Origin: Iphione sp. A-MEVVRFRX5
Taxonomy: Eukaryota
Assembly: GCA_976226885.1 (NCBI GenBank)
Contig: OZ320313.1
Location: 92,752,001-92,816,000, forward strand
Reading direction: 5' to 3'
Length of the DNA stretch: 64,000 nucleotides
Both the position numbers and the translations under genes were made by a program. Shown piece after piece: positions 1 through 12,479 of this stretch (position 1 is its first letter; every line of letters starts with the position of its first letter). The notes beneath the pieces were generated by a model, which worked only from the letters and a program-made list of their open reading frames with translations, had not been told where the DNA came from and did no database searches.

Positions 1-582
1 TGGCCACCAGCACGCCGGCTTCGGCTGGACCCTCCCGCCCGGGAGCTGTGCCAGGATCGGCTGGGGACGTAGCCAGGCGGACCAACACAAGGCCCGTGGC
101 TTGTCGTCAGTTGAGACTGGAGGCGGCCGATGTGCCGGGGCCGGTTGTGCGTTGGGCCCAGGCGCGGGTCGTGACACCCCTCTCAGTTCCTCCTGAGGGG
201 TGGCGCCTGTTATCGGCCCGTGGGACAGCGACAGTCACCCCCCAGGTTAGCAGCACCCTGGTGCGGATCTGGCAGGGGGTGCAGCTCGGCTCCGCGCCCC
301 GGATCCCTCGGCAGCGAAATCTCCCAAGGAGTGGTTACAGACGCATGGACGGGCGGAGCCCCGAGTGCACCCGACCCTAGTGCACTCAGAGTTGACTGCT
401 GTTGTACCAGAAACGGACCAGCTAGACCTGTCCTTGGAGGAGTTTAAGGTCTCCGTAGAGAGACCTTCCGGGGACCAGTAGAGGTCCCCGGGTCGGTTCA
501 TCTCTTTGCTGACTTTGTTGCGTTTGCATGTTCAGTTATGTAGCATTGCTCAGGGACTGAGCTCGTTGTTTGGGGGGGGCAG
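1..582 (+). mobile_element. Putative 3' internal region of an LTR retrotransposon (no domain recognised)
   Basis: GC-rich sequence directly upstream of a G-rich polypurine tract and an LTR-like segment. The ORFs are low-complexity with no recognisable motif. Confidence 0.35.
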
Positions 583-786
583 TGTTGGGCTCCGCCCAGA
601 GTTACTCCGCTAGGGAGTGTATGTTTACCGGAGTTCGCCGGAGTTTGTGGGGGGGGCTCCGCCCGGAGTTACGTTATGTGTATAAATAAGGGCCGGGCGG
701 AGTCCCTGGTGTCATTCACCTTCTATTCTTCGTGAATAAAACTTCAAAAGTATTACAGAGTCATGTCACTTCGTTCGGGGCGAACA
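583..786 (+). mobile_element. 3' LTR of a Gypsy/BEL-like element
   Basis: TGTT...AACA termini, preceded by PPT GGGGGGGGCAG (572-582). TATAAAT at 681 and AATAAA at 735. Confidence 0.6.
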
Positions 787-2059
787 ATATATAGAAGATA
801 TACATATAAAATTATTTTCAAGTTAATAAGTGTTGTCAAGAAAATGGTTAATTAATAAAAACTATGAAACATACTAAATAATAAAAATCACAGTCAAAGG
901 TAAAGCCATCCACATATTTTAAAACAGGTATAATTTAATATCTATTAGAGCGGTTTTGTGATATTAAATCTACTAATCCATTATGAAATAATATTTTGTT
1001 CATCAAGTAAAATGTGAATAATTTCATTTTTGAATTTTATTTTCGTTTCATAATCTCTCTGGTAAAGCTTTCTAGAATTCCAAATATCTATAATTTTATA
1101 GGAACACATCTTCATAAGATTAGATCTGTTCAAAACTCCCGAAGGAAAAACAAATGTAACGTATGATGCTTTTTAAATTTGTAAGAAATCAGCTCTGATA
1201 GGTGTTTGTTTACATGTTACTAGCTGAAAGTGCCCGGATTGCTGACTTCAAGAATGGCCAATTGCTGCAAAAATGGATGTCTTGTGGAACTGAGTTTGTA
1301 ACAGTCTTAGTTATTAGCTGTGTTGTGATATGTCAAGTGTAAATGTTACCTTTAGGGTCAATCTTAAGTGTTTACATGCATAAATGCAAATACATGTATA
1401 GGATGGGAGCCAAACCACTCTCATAAGACTCACATACCTGATGCCATTCTTATATATCTTCTGAGTACACCGAAGTTGAACAAGAACCTACCTGGTGTGG
1501 TGTACTTATTTCTGTTACAAATGGTAAAAAGTGATTGCCACTTTCAGCCCTTGCACCAATAGCTAGAAACGGAGTGTGTGTAATTGTATGTGTGTGCATT
1601 TGTGTCTATCACATTTCCTCCTGCCTTCTCATGATATCTATTAATTCATTACTAGTCAAAAATGCACTCTCACACTCCCGACTCGCTCACATAAATTCAG
1701 GCTCACACTTACACTCACTCATTCCAAACTCATATTCACACTTTGAACCACCTTTAGACCGACATTTTTCTCATTATGCTCATGCACAGAAGTAAGGACT
1801 AGTGAGGGGCGTGTCAGTCTGTCAAATAAGCAACAATTTGGATTAAGTTAATTTCATCATAGTTAATTTCATCGTGGAAAAGTTTACCATCAAGTGTGTA
1901 GAATATATATAGGCAATTTTTGTTCTACTGGACTGGTGAGAGAGGAGTTGTATCAAATGTGAGGAGTGAAAGTCTGGTGTGGCGATTTCAGAAAGATACA
2001 TTGTTCCAAGGTACTGTGCCTCATTCTCGAATTGAAGTATCAGCAAGATGCCGATTAGC

Positions 2060-2233
2060 TTATTTAGTCCTAAGAAGAAAGCTGGACATTTCAAGGTCCC
2101 AACAGGTCAAGTAGATGTTACTACTGACTTGAGTAGCTGATAGTGACAATCTTTCAATGGTTTCACTAATAGTGGGGAGGAAGTGAGATGCTAGCGCTGC
2201 CTTCTGGGGTGAACCAGTAATTCGCCAGTGCGT
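2060..2233 (-). pseudogene. Possible decayed hAT transposase C-terminal dimerisation domain
   Basis: HWR..P..AALA.HFLPTIS..IERL.LSA.QVSS....LEM..FL loosely matches the hAT pattern WW...P.LA.LA..YL..PATS..SER.FS.AG. Judged by eye only. Confidence 0.25.
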
Positions 2234-2760
2234 TGACGGAGGAACCACTACAAAGACTCCCCCATAGAACCAAGAGCATGAAGGACAGAGCCAGGAGGAA
2301 GGTAACAAGCACGAATGTCAACTGCTTAGGGTGGGAGGGAGGGCCCTTCCTCCTCCCTCCACTGCTCATATAGTACTAACCCAGGTTTGCCTTCAACTTA
2401 CCCGGTAAGTTTAATCAAACCTCGCAATAATTAGGACCATATTGAGCCGCTACGTGAGTAGGAAGGGGGTGACTTCAAAGAAGTCTTTGGAGTGGTTTGT
2501 AGTCCGTGCAGCTAGAAAGTCAACACATGGATTACGAAGGAAACTTTATTCCCTTAACAAACCAACATGAACGATTTAAACATCTGGCATATGATGAGAT
2601 CAACCTAACAACGAGGTCTTATACTGCAGAAGCATTGTCCTCCTGTAGAACATCTTCTAATGGGCCTGAGGGCCTCGGCATCAGAACATAAACTGAGAAC
2701 ATAGGTGTGGGGCGGGCTACTGTTCATTCAGTAGCTGTTGATGGAGGATTGACTACGTCC

Positions 2761-3600
2761 CTACAGTAGTGCTTGTGCAAGCTGGTTTCGTAATTCCGCA
2801 TTCCTTTTTTCAAGGATGGTTTTGATGGGTACCCCTAGTTGGGTAAGCTTAGAAGCTGCTGCCCCTCTAGAGCAGTGAACTGAAAATACGTGAGTGTCCT
2901 CCCCTGCCATTGACATAACTGTTTTACCCGGCGGGCCAATGTGGCCTGTGTGGCAGGTTTGTAAGGTGGGATCGTGCAAAGGAAGAGCTGAGTCGATGGG
3001 CCTATGAACATAAGCCTTAAGCGTATCTAAAAGGGCAAGCTGCCTTAACTGAGAGGAAGGAGCGGTTCTAACACAGTTCTGTCCGCTCTTCTCCCTGGAT
3101 TAGTGTGTTTCAGCACAGCATCAAACCCTATGAATAGTGTCCCCGATGGGGTGAAGTGCACGTTGGACCTCTTTATCTTATGGATTGTTTGGGTCCGACC
3201 ACAAGATGTCAGCATTAAGAGCATGACTGCTTTCCATGTAAGCAGTTTCAGTGATGGATGTTTGTTGCTGGCCCTGTCTGGCAACAGATTGAGGCCCAGG
3301 TTAATGTCCCACATCTGTGTATATCCTGCACGTGGAGGATTAACACTGAACATTCCTTTGAGGAGGCGTACTGTAACTGGATGACTACCAGAGGTGTGTA
3401 CCCCCAAGGTGCTTTGATAACATGGCAAAATTATAGACAGTAAAACAGGGCTGATCGGGCTACATTTAATACATTGTACCTGAGGTCGCTGTTATAAAGT
3501 AGGACTGAGAGGTTGTGTGCCTGACGTATACTGGGTCCGCCAGGGTTGATACCCCGCTCTACACAATACAGGTGCCACCTGTTCAGGTATGAACTGTAGA
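2761..3600 (-). pseudogene. Tyrosine recombinase of DIRS copy A (frameshifted)
   Basis: LMLTSCGRTQTI (box I Arg) and VHCSRGAAAS (HxxR box); homologous to the YR of copies B/C. Confidence 0.85.
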
Positions 3601-3677
3601 CCTGGCGCGTCTTGGGCCTCCATGATTGCAGAATATGGGTGAGTACCGCTGCACTGGAGAAAGTTCGTCGACAGTCT

Positions 3678-4690
3678 CTAACATGAGTTTACTGTTATTA
3701 GCCCTGTGCGTGCTAGCTGCGGCGACTCTGTTGTCATGGGACCGGAGAGGTTGTCTGCTGCCGGAGGGAACAGGAGTGGTTGTCGTCTGGAGAGTTGCAG
3801 TAGTAACGGAAACCACAACTGCCCCTTCCGGTGGAGCGCCACTATGATGATGTTGGCTTGGTCGTCGATGGCCTTCCGCACTGTCCTCCCTACAAAGCTG
3901 AAGGGTGGAAAGGCATATGCATTAGTGAACTGTCCCCAGTCAGTGAGAAATGCATCAACAAATGTGGCGTCGGGGTCAGGTCTCCAACTGACATACTGCT
4001 TAACTTTACGGTTGACTCTCGATGCAAACAAATCTATGTCTGGTTGGCCTCAGTGATCTACAAGGTGTTCAAACAAGGGAGGTCCCAATTCTCACTCTGT
4101 GTTGAGATTGAATTGTCTAGAAAGGGTGTCAGCCTCAAGGTTGCCCACCCCGGGTATGTATGTTGCAGCCAAGAGAACTCGCCTTTCTTCTGCCCAGCAC
4201 CCAATGTCATGGGCCACTTGGCTGCACTCCTGAGTCCCCCCTCCCCCCCCCCGATGATTAATGTGTGCAACTGTGGCGGAGTTGTCAGACAAGATGAGAA
4301 CACTTGCGTCTGAGAGGTGTGCCAATAGGGACTGGAGGCCAAACAGGGCTGCCTTAAGTTCAGGGACGTTAATGTGTAGTTTTTGTTCCTGCACCGACCA
4401 TAACCTCCCCCCCCCCCCCACCCCCAATCTTCGGCCCACTGGACGTAGCGCCCTATCCCCGGAGCAAGACATTGGTGAACATCTGGATGGACAGTGTTTG
4501 GGGATTGATCGATTTGGATATGGTTGCCACATTTTGGAGCCACCAAGATAGGTCCTGTTTTGCTCCCAAATTCAGAATCATTTTTGCATTGTACTGGTCT
4601 GGGGAAGCCCTTCTCAGAGTGTTAATTTTTTTCAGCCTCAATGGCTTTAAGATGTAGCCTCCATAGTTTGCGGCTTTAGTAAGGTGTTAG
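3678..4690 (-). pseudogene. pol: RNase H and adenine-methyltransferase-like domains of DIRS copy A
   Basis: HINVPELKAAL and SDNSATVAHIN (RNase H); FASRVN..YVSWRPDPDA..VDAF and YAFPPF (MT-like). Broken by poly-G expansions. Confidence 0.85.
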
Positions 4691-5316
4691 AGCATGATGA
4701 AGGTGCGGACCGTATACATATCTATTACCCATTAAGCGCAATGGGTGAGGCAAATCATGAATGGATGGGGTCAAAGGTTTAATATGTTCCATTCTAAGTC
4801 AAACAAAATGGTGGACGGTCCTCGACTCGACTTTTGTTCATGGAAATATAGATAGAAAAGATCGTTTAGTGCATAAATGTGGCATAAATTGCCTAAATTC
4901 TTTAGTAACATACCTTTCTGGCTTGGTTTCATGCCATTTTATTTCGATTTATACGTACTGGTGTAGTGGAGTGCGTCGTGTTCTCTACAGATCGGAAGTA
5001 AACAAAAATTGCATTCAGTGTGCATGCTTGACCCATTTTTCCTATGTCAAACATGCACACAATGGTCTTTCATGATTACGCTCTTTGTAAACATGCTGTT
5101 GGCAAGTCGAAATAGATGATTTCTCTCTTCTTAAATGGTATGTAAGACATGCACAAACAAAAATTTACAATGGTTGTCTTATAACGAGTATGTAGAATTC
5201 AGCATTCAGCCCTCGCAGCTTGGTCCCGTCAGCCTGCAGCAGACTGAACCAAACCACTCGGGCCTCATGCTGAATTCTACATACTCGTTATAGACAACCA
5301 TCATTAATCTTGGTGG
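4690..5316. mobile_element. ~0.6-kb non-coding insertion in the RT of copy A, containing a 35-bp inverted repeat (5170-5205 / 5267-5301)
   Basis: RT homology stops at ..VIGVL and resumes at HLTKAANYG. The insert shares a segment (~5005-5060) with the MITE at ~60500. Confidence 0.65.
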
Positions 5317-6206
5317 CCCAGTACACCTATAACCGATACTACAAAACAGATTGATGGCTGTTGTGACACTAGGACGCTGAGTATACTGTTTTTGGCTTTG
5401 GCAATTTTAAGTGGAGTTTGGAAGACTGTGAACAAGTGAATGTTAATAACATACCCCAAGAACGTGACAAATTGTGTAGGCTGGAGTTGAGACTTGTTAG
5501 GGTGGATAGCATAACCCATTTTCTGCATCGTATCCACCATCTGATGTATGTATGAAAGGCAAGTTCTCTGGTCCTCACATACAATAAGTAAGTCATCAAT
5601 ATAGGCTGCTACTGTCATCTCTTGTTCTCGGAGTTGCGTTAGGGCTGGCTTCATAAGCTTAGAGAAGATGCGAGGGGCAGATGCTAGTGTAAAAGGGCGG
5701 ACCACGTACTTGAAATCATGTTGACCCCATTGAAACCCTAGGTAATTCTGGAACTCAAGGTGAATGACCACTGCATAGTAGGCATCCTCAAGGTCTACTG
5801 CTGCCAGGTAGCAACCCGTTTGGATGAGTGGGAGAATTGTCTCAAAATTTTCCATCTTAATGTGGTGGTATATAACAAACTCATTGAGTTAAAAGTGGTC
5901 TAAATTCGGGTGAAGGAATACATTCAAGACCCATTTTAGTTTTGCCTCCTCTGCTACAATAATTGTACCTTTGGCAAGCATGGGATTGATAATTTGTTGG
6001 GCATGAAACTTTTGAACGACTGAGAGGGCAATTTGTCTGGGCGCTCCCTCTTGGGGAGAAATAAAGTCTATGCTGACCCCATGAACCATGTCCAAAATGA
6101 CCTGGTTAGAAGTGAGCTGCGCCCACTCGTGGGCATGTTGCTTAATGCTACCTGCCAGGAGACATTCACTCACCGAAATTGATTCTTTTAGTGAGGCGCT
6201 TATCAC
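5304..6206 (-). pseudogene. pol: Reverse transcriptase of DIRS copy A
   Basis: LAAVDLEDAYY, PFTLASAPRIFSK, AYIDD, FLGY. N-terminus is LAGSIKQHAHEWAQLTSNQVIL. Confidence 0.9.
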
Positions 6207-6375
6207 CCTCTAAGTTCTTGCAATGTTGTCTGAGTTCGTCCCCGAAACGCCATTCGAGGGATGGTTTAGCCTCTTCTGCTAACTGAGTAAAGGTGGGATT
6301 GAGATCGTTTTCCACATTAGCAAACTGTATTGGCTTGAGGAATCTTCTAGGTGGAGGCTGCCAACAGAACACATT

Positions 6376-8875
6376 ACCCCGAACAATTTTTGGGTATGAT
6401 GAAACACGCTTCCAAACATGAACCTTATAAACTAATATGCCAGCCTCAAAACCACTGGAGATTACTTCTTGGAAGGCCTTACCCCCAAAATCCTGGTGTT
6501 GGTCAGAGGACGAGGATGCCTGTTACAATGTGTTTTGTAGCTACATGTCATTGGAGTAGGCCTGATATACATGTAGCTGAATCCTGCCTCTGCCACATCT
6601 GCTGCCTCCTCCTTGACCAAATTTGCTTCAGCTCGTCTTCTCTGTCTTGGTGCAACTTTGTGGGTTACCTTATTCACCACTTCACGTGTTTTGGGTGATT
6701 CTTCAAAGTCGTCACCAAAAATACACTTGTGAGATGATGGGTGATTTTCTGAGCCCAGCTGACAATATTCCATTTGAAGGGTGCAACCGAATGTCGTCCT
6801 GACATGCCTAGATCCAAGTTAGTGTTTCCCAAAAGTTAAGCACATCAAACAATGTATTCAGTGCCAGCTGAACGGACAGGTGACATTGAGCTGCTTTCAT
6901 GACTATCATCATGTCTTTTATCAGCCCCGACTGCCCGAGGCGTCTCATCACCTGAAACTTCTTGAGGTTTTTTTCCCTCTGTTTGAATAGCTTTGAGTTG
7001 GCCATGCTGTAACACAGTCATGTTAGAATCCAATTAAAATGGCGGATGTCCAGAAGAATGGATATTGTGGACATCTGGTCATAACAGACATACAGACATC
7101 TTGTGATTCATCAATAAAAGAAATTCTTAATTGCATTTTGCAAGCATTAAAGATAATTGTAAATACTGTAATAAAGAGAGAACATTTTGTACAGTATACA
7201 GATATGTCTACAAGTGCTGTCTGTATGGAGACAACAGCTGGGCCATGTTACTGAGTGGCACTGACAGTCTCTGGCAGAGTAGATGCTCATAAACATTGTG
7301 AAAGTGATGGATTTAATATACCAGATGCTATGTTGGAATGGGGATTTTGAGGCACTTTCAGGACAGGTGATGACAGCTTTGGTCATATATAACAAAGGGT
7401 GTTAGGGTGGGACTAGGGGTTAATTTGATTTTTGATTGTCTTTCACCCAGGTCGTGCACCCTGGTCAAAGGTCGTTTGAACTATGACCTAAGGTTGTAAC
7501 AGGCTATGAACTTTGTACCTCAGGTTGTCAACTGTGTAAATAGAGTTACGAACTCCCAACACGGGGGCATAAACTAATGGTATAAAATGTCCATGATGCC
7601 TCTTGACTTTTCAGAAAGCTCTGATCTGCCACTTGTGCATGTTGAACTCTGCCTCTAATAAAGCACCATCAACCAACCAGGAAACTGGTGTCCCTGAGTT
7701 GTTGTGTTACAATGTGGGGTCATTAACTTTTGTCAGTTGGAGCTCCATGCAATTTGCTGGTCTTGGATGCAATTCTTTCTTTTTACTCAGGTATAGTTCA
7801 CACCAGGTTGTAAGTTGCACCTTATTGACAAAGTCTGGGGAATGTCTTTGCTACCATATCATCTTTCCTTAACTGCTCCTGGAATTCTCTAAACAAATTA
7901 AGTGGAGTGCCCTCATCATCCGACATCTAGTGGGCAGTGCTTTGTTATAGTAACAACTCGATACTATGTGGGTCATATCATCCTAAGACTACCTCCGGGG
8001 ACACTTGGCTCAGTAGGATGTGGTCAGACGAGGCATCATCCTCTTGATAAAGGCCCTCAAAGCCAGAATTCAAAGTATCCACAAGGGATTCACTACAAAA
8101 CTCTGACCAAAAACCTCCCATATCGTCCCTGAAACTGGCCATGGTGTAGTTAAGTATGATCACAGCATCTAATGCAGTTGCTGCTGGCTACCGAGTTTTG
8201 GTTCCAGAAGACAGATTTAGCTGTAGGTTTTTTTCAAAAGATTTAGCGAGCTGTTTTGCCTTTTCTGTGTTAGTACTTGATACAGCTTTGCATTTCACCA
8301 GGGATGCTTGCCCTGTTTGGTCAGTTTTCAGGCTGATCGCCTCATGTGACACCAATCTGCGTTAGTGAGGTCACATGACCATGACAAATTTTCAATGTAC
8401 GGTGTTATGGGCTGTTGTAAGCTCTCCTTAATTTGCACGAAAAATTTTATCCATAATGTGATACATGTCCTCTCCAACTAGCTCTAATTTGCAGAACAGT
8501 ATTCTCACATTGACTGACAGTGAGGGATTCAGACTGTACACACTGCAGTATGCATGCATCTGCTTTACTGCAGGGACACCTTGTGCCAGATTCTACCTCT
8601 TTGCAGCCAAAGGAAAATGACATGAATATACAATCAAAAAGTTATAAAAACCAGCTAAGGGCATTTTGCATGTTTATAAAAGGAATGCAACTGCAAAAAC
8701 ACGCATGAAAATCACATCAGTTTACTAAGAACAAAAGTTTTTACCCTATCCAGACTGCCACGTCAACCAACGTAACACAAAGAACACAAGACTGACTGAA
8801 GGTGAAGCACCATGGTGTCGTGGGGAGTGCAATATCACCTGATGCCTCCCAGTAGAGAGACAGTCAGGTAGAGTT
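6376..8875 (-). mobile_element. gag: DIRS copy G (B/C family): 5' terminus, complete decayed gag and first ~25 codons of pol, split by a solo LTR
   Basis: The terminus GCAATATCACCTG...AGGTAGAGTT resembles the B/C 5' end. Gag segments (NSGFEGLYQE, TKVND | KLFKQREK, ENHPSSHKCIFGDD) align with C gag across the LTR. Confidence 0.8.
7008..7711 (+). mobile_element. Solo LTR (Gypsy-like)
   Basis: TGTAACAC...GTGTTACA termini, 4-bp TSD ATGC/ATGT, internal AATAAA. Homologous to 33841-34453. Confidence 0.8.
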
Positions 8876-9507
8876 AGAATTTTGACCCCATGTCATAGTT
8901 CACCCTTCTAATTGCACTGATGTAGTATGATGATTACATTGACTGTTTATAAAATCTGGTGGCGATTATTGCAGTTCTGGTCTGTACCCTGAAAAGTTGG
9001 TAGACACTGGATGTGGTTTCCCTGTTCTCTTAAGCACCCAAATGATGCCCACACAACACACATATGCAGAACCACATACTGTAGAATCATCAATAGGTGG
9101 AACACATCCAAACTCCATTCAGTACATTATGATACAAGAAACATAATACAGAGTTTCAAAAATGAAATTGTACAAAAATGGAAGAAGAAAGACATTGACC
9201 TAACATGAGTGCTGTCCATGATTGATCTAAATGTACAATAAACCTACTTTTTGGCCTGGTCTAATTATAATTGTATAGTTACCCTAGCTTCCAGTGACGG
9301 GTGACTGAGACTCTGCCGAGTCTGCTTCGGAATCCAGAGGGAGCAGGCGATATTGCGCTCTCCCGTCAACGGCTCGCACATGCGCATTCAGTAATTTAGG
9401 ATTTATAGACATGAGCAGAAATGCTATTATAACACTTTGACGTGTAACGGAGAGTCATTGAGCAGGTAGGTTAGTGATAACCGGGGTAGGGAATTCCACA
9501 GGGTGGG

Positions 9508-9628
9508 CACCTGCTCCCTCTGGATTCCAAAGCAGACTCGGCAGAGTCTCAGTCACCTGTCGCTGGAAGCTAGGGTAACTATACAACTCTACCTCGCTGC
9601 TTCTCCACCAGAGAGCAGCAGGTGATAT
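9508..9628. repeat. Internal complementary region (ICR) of copy B
   Basis: 9508-9586 is the reverse complement of the left end (9271-9349). 9587-9628 is the reverse complement of the right end. Together they spell the circle junction. Confidence 0.95.
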
Positions 9629-9684
9629 GTTTAGCAAATTGAGTATTTCTGTGAGTGTTTGTGACCGAGGTCTTTGTTTGTGAG

Positions 9685-10746
9685 TTACATGATGCTTTTT
9701 AGATAGAATTGGCGAAACGTATTTTCGTCTGCCCACATGCCTCTTTTGAGGATTTCTTGGATAGGTAATCTGCCTGCAAACAGTTTAGATGCGGATGCTG
9801 CTCGGGTACTGTGGGCCGTAAAGGTGTTTGTGTCTATTCCCACCCTGAACATTACGTCTTTGACCCAGCGTGCTAGTGTTGATGTGCCTACTGACTTGTA
9901 TAGGGGCACGTAACTGATGAACAGAGCTTTATCATCCCCTCAAATGTTGACTGTACGTGACAGGTAAGTTTTGATGTGGGTTCTGACGCAAAGTGTGGGT
10001 TCCTGCTCGAATGGTACCAGGATTATTCTGCTTGGCTGCTTGTTCACCCTGTTGTGTTTTAGTGGTGTGGTAAAGTTGATTTGCAGCCTGTTGTTGCCCA
10101 CTTCATGGATGTTATCTAGATCTATATTGTGTATAGTCTGTAGTCGCCCACATGACGCTAGGAGGACTAGCATGGTTGTTTTAAGTGTTAATAATTTTAA
10201 TGAGATACAATTTGGGGGTGACCAGGTTCTGAGGAAGTCTAGTACCAGTTCCACATCCCAGGTATGTTCTAGTCGGGCTTGTGGTAGTCGTAGGTTGAAC
10301 ATGCCTGCCATCACTCTGGTAGTAAGCCAATGCTGCCCGAAAGGGACCTTGTGGAATTTTTTGACAATGGCGGATAGTGCGCTTTGCACTGTGTTTAGAG
10401 CACTGTAGCTGAGGCCTGCTTTAAAGAGTTGATGCAGGAACATAAGAGCCTGTTCTAACTCGGGTTTCAATGGGTCAATGTGTTGGATGCAATATGTATG
10501 CCATCTGTTTTGGTACGTTACGTACTGTAATCTTATGGATTTGCGCCATGAATGCATCATATATTTTCTTAGTGGGTTCTTGGTTAAGGACTTGTGGATG
10601 TGCCTTTTTAGAAGAGTGCTGCCAATAATGGAATTGAGTTGATGTCTCTGGTGTCTGTTGTATTGTAGACGTTTAGCAGTTTTTGTGGTCTTGGTGGGAA
10701 GTGCACAGTGGCTCGTGGAGGGTTTTGGCGTAGTTTCCCGTACCAT
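9685..10746 (-). pseudogene. Tyrosine recombinase of copy B (one in-frame TGA at 9940)
   Basis: SCGRLQTI, AHSTRAASAS, GMW, TFRQFY. Closely similar to the C YR. Confidence 0.95.
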
Positions 10747-12465
10747 CGTTGGGCTTGCCAGTGGGGCATGATCAGAATTGCGTTGGTTGGTTCATGGTGA
10801 AGCTTCTGCAGAGTTCTGGAGATTAGAGAAAAAGGCGGAAAGACATAGATTAGTTTAAATTGTCTCCAGTCTAGTGTGAAGGCATCTATGAAGGATGCGT
10901 CAGGGTCTGGCTTCCAACTTGCATACTTTGGCACTTGGGCAGTAGCCCTAGAGGCGAAAAGATTGACTTCTGGGATTCCCCATTTATCGGTTAGTTTTTG
11001 GAACAGGATTGGGTTGAGCTGCCACTCGGTGTCTTCGTTAAAATTTCTAGAGAAGAAATCTGCTTCTGTGTTGTCAACCCCTGGGATGTAGGACACAACG
11101 GCCCAAGCTTGTCTAGCTTCAAGGAATGCCCAGATCTTTCTAGCTAGTCTGTTGCAAATGAACGAATGAGTGCCGCCCTGTTTGTTCACATAAGCGATGG
11201 CGGTGGTATTGTCAGACCGTATAAGGATTTCGAAATATTCTTTCTGTGAATAGTAGGTTTTTAGGCCCAGCAGGATTGCTTTGAGCTCAAGAGCATTAAT
11301 GTGCCATGTTTGTTCATCTGGTAGCCATTTGCCCCCTGTCGCTTCTGTCTGGGTAACTGCGCCCCAGCCAAGCCCTGATGCGTCGGTGGTAAGGGTTTCT
11401 ATTGGTGCATGTATTCGTATAGGCCTGAATAGGCGGGTGGCATTTGTCCACCACCAGAGGAGATCAGTTCAGCTGTCTAGTGACAGTGTCATTGGTGCGT
11501 TAAAGTTTTTGTTGTGTCGGATCAGGGCTCGGATCTTATCCGTTTCCAACGCTTTGTAGTGTCCTAGTCCATATTGTGCAGCTTTGGAGTGGTCAACAAG
11601 TGTACCTGGGATAGACACAATGTGGCATATAGAGAACTCTGATCCAATCAGCACTTCTTCTAGTCGTGGAATGAGATTGTCGATTTTTTGTGTTGTTGGG
11701 GTGATAACCATGTCCACCGAATTTAGGTTATAGCCTAGGAACACTATCTGCTGCGTTGGAACCGGAGTAGATTTCTTCCAGTTGATGGCGAATCCAAGGT
11801 TTGAGAGAATGTTCGTTACTCTGTTGACTGATGTTGAACAGGCTGCAGATGAAGGAGCTACCACTAGTAGCTCATCCAGATATGCCAGTACATCATGGCC
11901 TTTTTTGTGTAGTAGTGCCAGAACTCGTTTTAATAGTTTGGTAAAGAGACGTGGAGCGGACGTAAGCCCAAAAGGCATGACGGTGTACCGGTACGTTTGA
12001 GAGTTCCACGTAAAGGCCAGGTATTTTTGAAACTTTGGATGCACTGCTACCATGTGATAGGCACTCTGGAGGTCTATGGAGGCCATACAGCAGTCCTTGT
12101 ATAATGACCTAGTAGCCGATTCAAAAGTATCCATTTTGAAATGGATGAATGGCATAAACGTATTAAGGGCTGAGAGGTCTAAAATGATGCGGACAGAGCC
12201 GTCTGGTTTGTCCCTGGGAAAGATTCTAGATTGAAAGGGAGAAGGAGGATTGTCTGGTACGATGACTCCTTTTAGTAGAAGTTCCTCCACTGCGGCGGTG
12301 ATGTCTGAATGTTCGGAATGGTGAAAAACGTAATGGGAGAAGAAAAGGTAAAGCGGGTGGCTGGGAACTAAAGTCAAGAGTGATACCGGACACGATGTCC
12401 AATATGGATTGGTCTGATGTGATATTTCGCCAGTTGACCATGAAGTTTTTAATGTTCCCAGCCAT
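10608..12465 (-). pseudogene. pol: pol (RT, RNase H, MT-like) of copy B
   Basis: MAGNIK start, frameshift near 12320, TGA at 11469. RT motif reads YLDE instead of YLDD. INALELKAI, NLFAS and YVFPPF are present. Confidence 0.95.
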
Positions 12466-12479
12466 GAAACTGCTTGGGC

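Larger units (their letters stand above)
2210..6375 (-). mobile_element. DIRS1-type retrotransposon copy A (decayed, 5' part missing; family distinct from B/C)
   Basis: Ordered gag C-terminus, RT, RNase H, MT and YR remnants. An inverted match between 2242-2258 and 2482-2497 fits a terminus/ICR pair. The left boundary is approximate. Confidence 0.85.

Noticed and set aside
9971-10408. Plus-strand 145-aa ORF seen in both B and C (28046-28483)
   Set aside because: It is an antisense shadow of the conserved YR frame, with no independent evidence of coding.
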